NCBI GenBank assembly: GCA_002269645.1
Contig: NIVC01001921.1
Coordinates: 1-64,000, forward strand
Length of the DNA stretch: 64,000 bases
Direction: 5' to 3'
Origin: Macrostomum lignano
Lineage: Eukaryota
Positions 61,319 to 64,000 of the stretch are shown piece after piece. The translations under genes were made by a program, and so were the position numbers. A model generated the notes under the pieces. That model ran no database searches. It was not told the origin of the DNA and saw nothing but the letters and a program-made list of their open reading frames with translations. How positions within the stretch are numbered: position 1 is the stretch's first letter; every line of letters begins with the position of its first letter.

Positions 61319-63058
61319 ATGACCGCTCCTGAGACTTTGCTAAGCCAGCAGCCGATCGCCATCGCCACTCTGCTGCTGGTGACATCGCCAGGACTCGCGG
61401 CTGCCTGTAAGTACTTAACCAACCAAATGGAACGGACTGTACTGTACTGCATCGAATCATTCTATAAATCAACTCTCTCAGACTCCTGCAGCTACCGTCT
61501 GAGGCCGTCACCCGAAATTCACACTTTCGCGGGAGCCACGGCAGCTGCCTCATCGTCTCAGGTGGCCGCTCGCAGCTTCATCGAGTGCGCGACCTTGTGC
61601 ACCGCGTGGAAAACCTGCAGGTGGTTCGACTTCCACCAGCTGCATCAGAGATGCTGCATGGCCGACAGGCCGATCGACTGCTGGGGCTCTGAGACCTCGG
61701 AGACTCGCAGCTCCTTCGATGAGCTCACCGACACCTGCTACTCGACAGGTGAAGCTCAGATTGATTTTCGATGAGATCTGCCGGACTGTCACACTGAGTG
61801 GACCAAAGGGCGCACCACACTGAGCTCAACCTCCCCATTGCAGAGCCGCACCCACCCCATTGCAGAGCCGCACCCACCCCATTGCAGAGCCGCACCCACC
61901 CCATTGCAGAGCCGCACCCACCCATTGCAGAGCCGCACCCACCCCATTGCAGAGCCGCACCCTCCCCATTTCATAGACTCACCCACCCCATTGCAGAGCC
62001 GCACCCACCCCATTTCATAGACTCACCCACACCATTGCAGAGCCGCACCCACTCCATTGCAGAGCCGCACCCACCCCATTGCAGAGCCGCACCCACCCCA
62101 TTGCAGAGCCGCACCCACCCCATTGCAGAGCCGCACCCACCCCATTGCAGAGCCGCACCCACTCAATTGCAGAGCCGCACCCACCCCATTGCAGAGCCGC
62201 ACCCACCCCATTGCAGAGCCGCACCCACCCCATTTCAGAGCCGCACCCACCCCATTGCAGAGCCGCACCCACCCCATTGCAGAGCCGCACCCACCCCATT
62301 GCAGAGCCGCACCCACCCCATTTCAGAGCCCTGTCCAAAGCAGGCCGTCGTTGAGGACAGTCGCTACTGCGTGTTCATGCAGCGCGTCAGCAACTCGGTT
62401 CTGTTCAACCGGACGTGGGCTGAGTACGAGAGCGGCTTCGGCAACTCAGAGAATTGGTGGATGGGTGAGTCATGAGCAGAGCTGGTGATGGGTGATAGGT
62501 GAGTCATGAGCAGAGTTGGTGATGGTGATGGTGAGTCATGAGCAGAGCTGGTGATGGGTGAGTCATGAGCAGAGCTGGTGATGGGTGAGTCATGATTGAT
62601 GTACTGGACAAGTCACCCTGACCTCTCCAGGTCTCCGGTCCCTCCACGCTCTCACCGCAAGCGGATCCGAAAAGCTGAGGGTGGAGATGACCTCCTGGGA
62701 CAATGTCAGCTACTTCTGCGAGCACCCGAACTTCATGGTGCAGAGCCAGCTCACCAACTATACTCTGACGGTGGCACCGTTTCTCAGCGATCGCTGCAGC
62801 GTCAATTACGATGCGATGATTTACCACTCAGGCATGCAGTTCTCCACTTTGGACGCTGACAATGACGCTGCATCAAGTGTGCATTGCTCCCGCGAGAGAG
62901 GCGGCGGTGGCTGGTGGTTCAAGAGATGCGTGTTGCCGAACCCGACAGGGATCTACTCGAATGTGTCCATCCACCGCAGGCAGAACATGGTCTGGAAAGT
63001 AGAATCTGTTGACATTCCGTTAAAAAGTATCAAGCTAATGGTCAGCGCCACTCCATGA
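61319..63058 (+). CDS. Secreted PAN/apple + fibrinogen C-terminal (FReD) protein, paralogue B, 4 exons
   Basis: Exons 61319-61406, 61482-61748, 62327-62464, 62631-63058, same intron positions and phases as paralogue A; FSTLDADND, GGWWFKRC. Confidence 0.88.
61835..62326. repeat. 22-bp acceptor-site minisatellite (FReD B intron 2)
   Basis: Same unit as 58856-59365, about 22 copies. Confidence 0.95.
62465..62595. repeat. 27-bp donor-site repeat (FReD B intron 3)
   Basis: Same unit as 58140-58717 but only about 4-5 copies. Confidence 0.9.
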
Positions 63059-63494
63059 GCACAGCTCCATTCTGTTTGCTGTAGCCTTCACGCTAACTGA
63101 GAGCGGAGTGATAATGAGATGACCCACCCTAGTCGAAATGTTACATCTGAAAACTGAAATGAGCTTAAAACAGCGCAAATGTCTGCCACCTGCTGCACTG
63201 GATTCTTGAAAATTACAATGCTTAACAAAACTTAGTAACCTTTTCGTAGTTGAATAAATTTCACGTAGCATTCTTCTGGTTCTCTTTGCTTGCAAATTTG
63301 TAGCTTTACATAACACCTTGAGTTGGCGACCTACCAGCTGAATGAAATGATGAGGATACACCGCCTGACACAGACACTTGTCCTTCCTGTTATTTTCTGT
63401 TAATCAATCAGATTTTGCTGTCCATGGTAGCAGTCAGTCAGGAGCATTCAGCTACGTGCGTATAGGTTCCTAGAAATTACTTCTAGTAGTGCTT

Positions 63495-63831
63495 GGGGTG
63501 CGCAGCCCAGTGGTCCAGCGCGGCGCTCTGATGTACCAGCGGCCCAGGCTCGATTCCTAGTGCAGTCACATTAATTTGGGGCTAAATTGGAATCTCGGCT
63601 TGGCTCTGCTCGTGCAATTGACGCCCTTGAGAGCCAACCCCCCAAGGCGCAGTGAAGTGTACATGCCTAATGATAAATAAGTTAGGGCCGCTGTACACTC
63701 CTGTGTGAGGTGTGCCTGTGCGTATGACTGCGTACGTATCCGCGCACTTGTGTGCCTGCTCCGGGGAGTCGGCGGAATGGGCAGTAATGCCTCTCGCCGG
63801 TTGTGTGACAATGTCGCTTAAAGTGCGCCAG
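63495..63831 (+). mobile_element. tRNA-derived SINE (same family as 40063), lacking the last about 40 bp
   Basis: A-box-like CAGCCCAGTGG, B box GGCTCGATTCC; body aligns to 40063-40392 then diverges after AAAGTGCGCCAG. Confidence 0.85.
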
Positions 63832-64000
63832 AGAAACTAACTGGTGGTAGTCCTTGATTTCAAATTTTTGCACTTCTGACTTCAAAGTGAAGAAAATAGC
63901 AAAATCCGAAACACACAAGAAAACGTCCTGTCGCAAAGCAGAATGCCAGTTTCCATGACAATCGGTTGGCCGAGATTCCTCAATGTATTTTCGCTGGTGC

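Overview
Eukaryotic (metazoan) genomic DNA with GC-rich exons, AT-rich intergenic DNA and introns filled with minisatellites. This style resembles the free-living flatworm Macrostomum, but that is inference and not verified. Genes supported: an 8-exon SWI/SNF ATPase (brahma/SMARCA2/4; 5518-19487); a secreted three-finger-like protein plus an inverted, 5'-truncated copy; a secreted PAN + glycine-rich (ALK/LTK GRD-like) protein; a spliced 39-aa Cys/His microprotein missed by the ORF track, with a second copy of its last exon; a degenerate NTPDase fragment; stonin; an orphan class A GPCR; and a head-to-head pair of PAN-fibrinogen (FReD) genes. Non-coding features: two paralogous intronic H/ACA snoRNA-like hairpins whose pockets match the metazoan 5.8S rRNA consensus, two tRNA-derived SINE families, MULE/hAT/CACTA-like non-autonomous DNA elements with target-site duplications, and about 20 tandem arrays. 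In the FReD genes the arrays are amplified splice sites. Six -1 frameshifts in four otherwise intact genes are each repaired by restoring one base, mostly in a short homopolymer, so they are probably assembly errors. Coordinates were counted by hand: splice sites and TSDs should be exact or nearly so, repeat edges are approximate.
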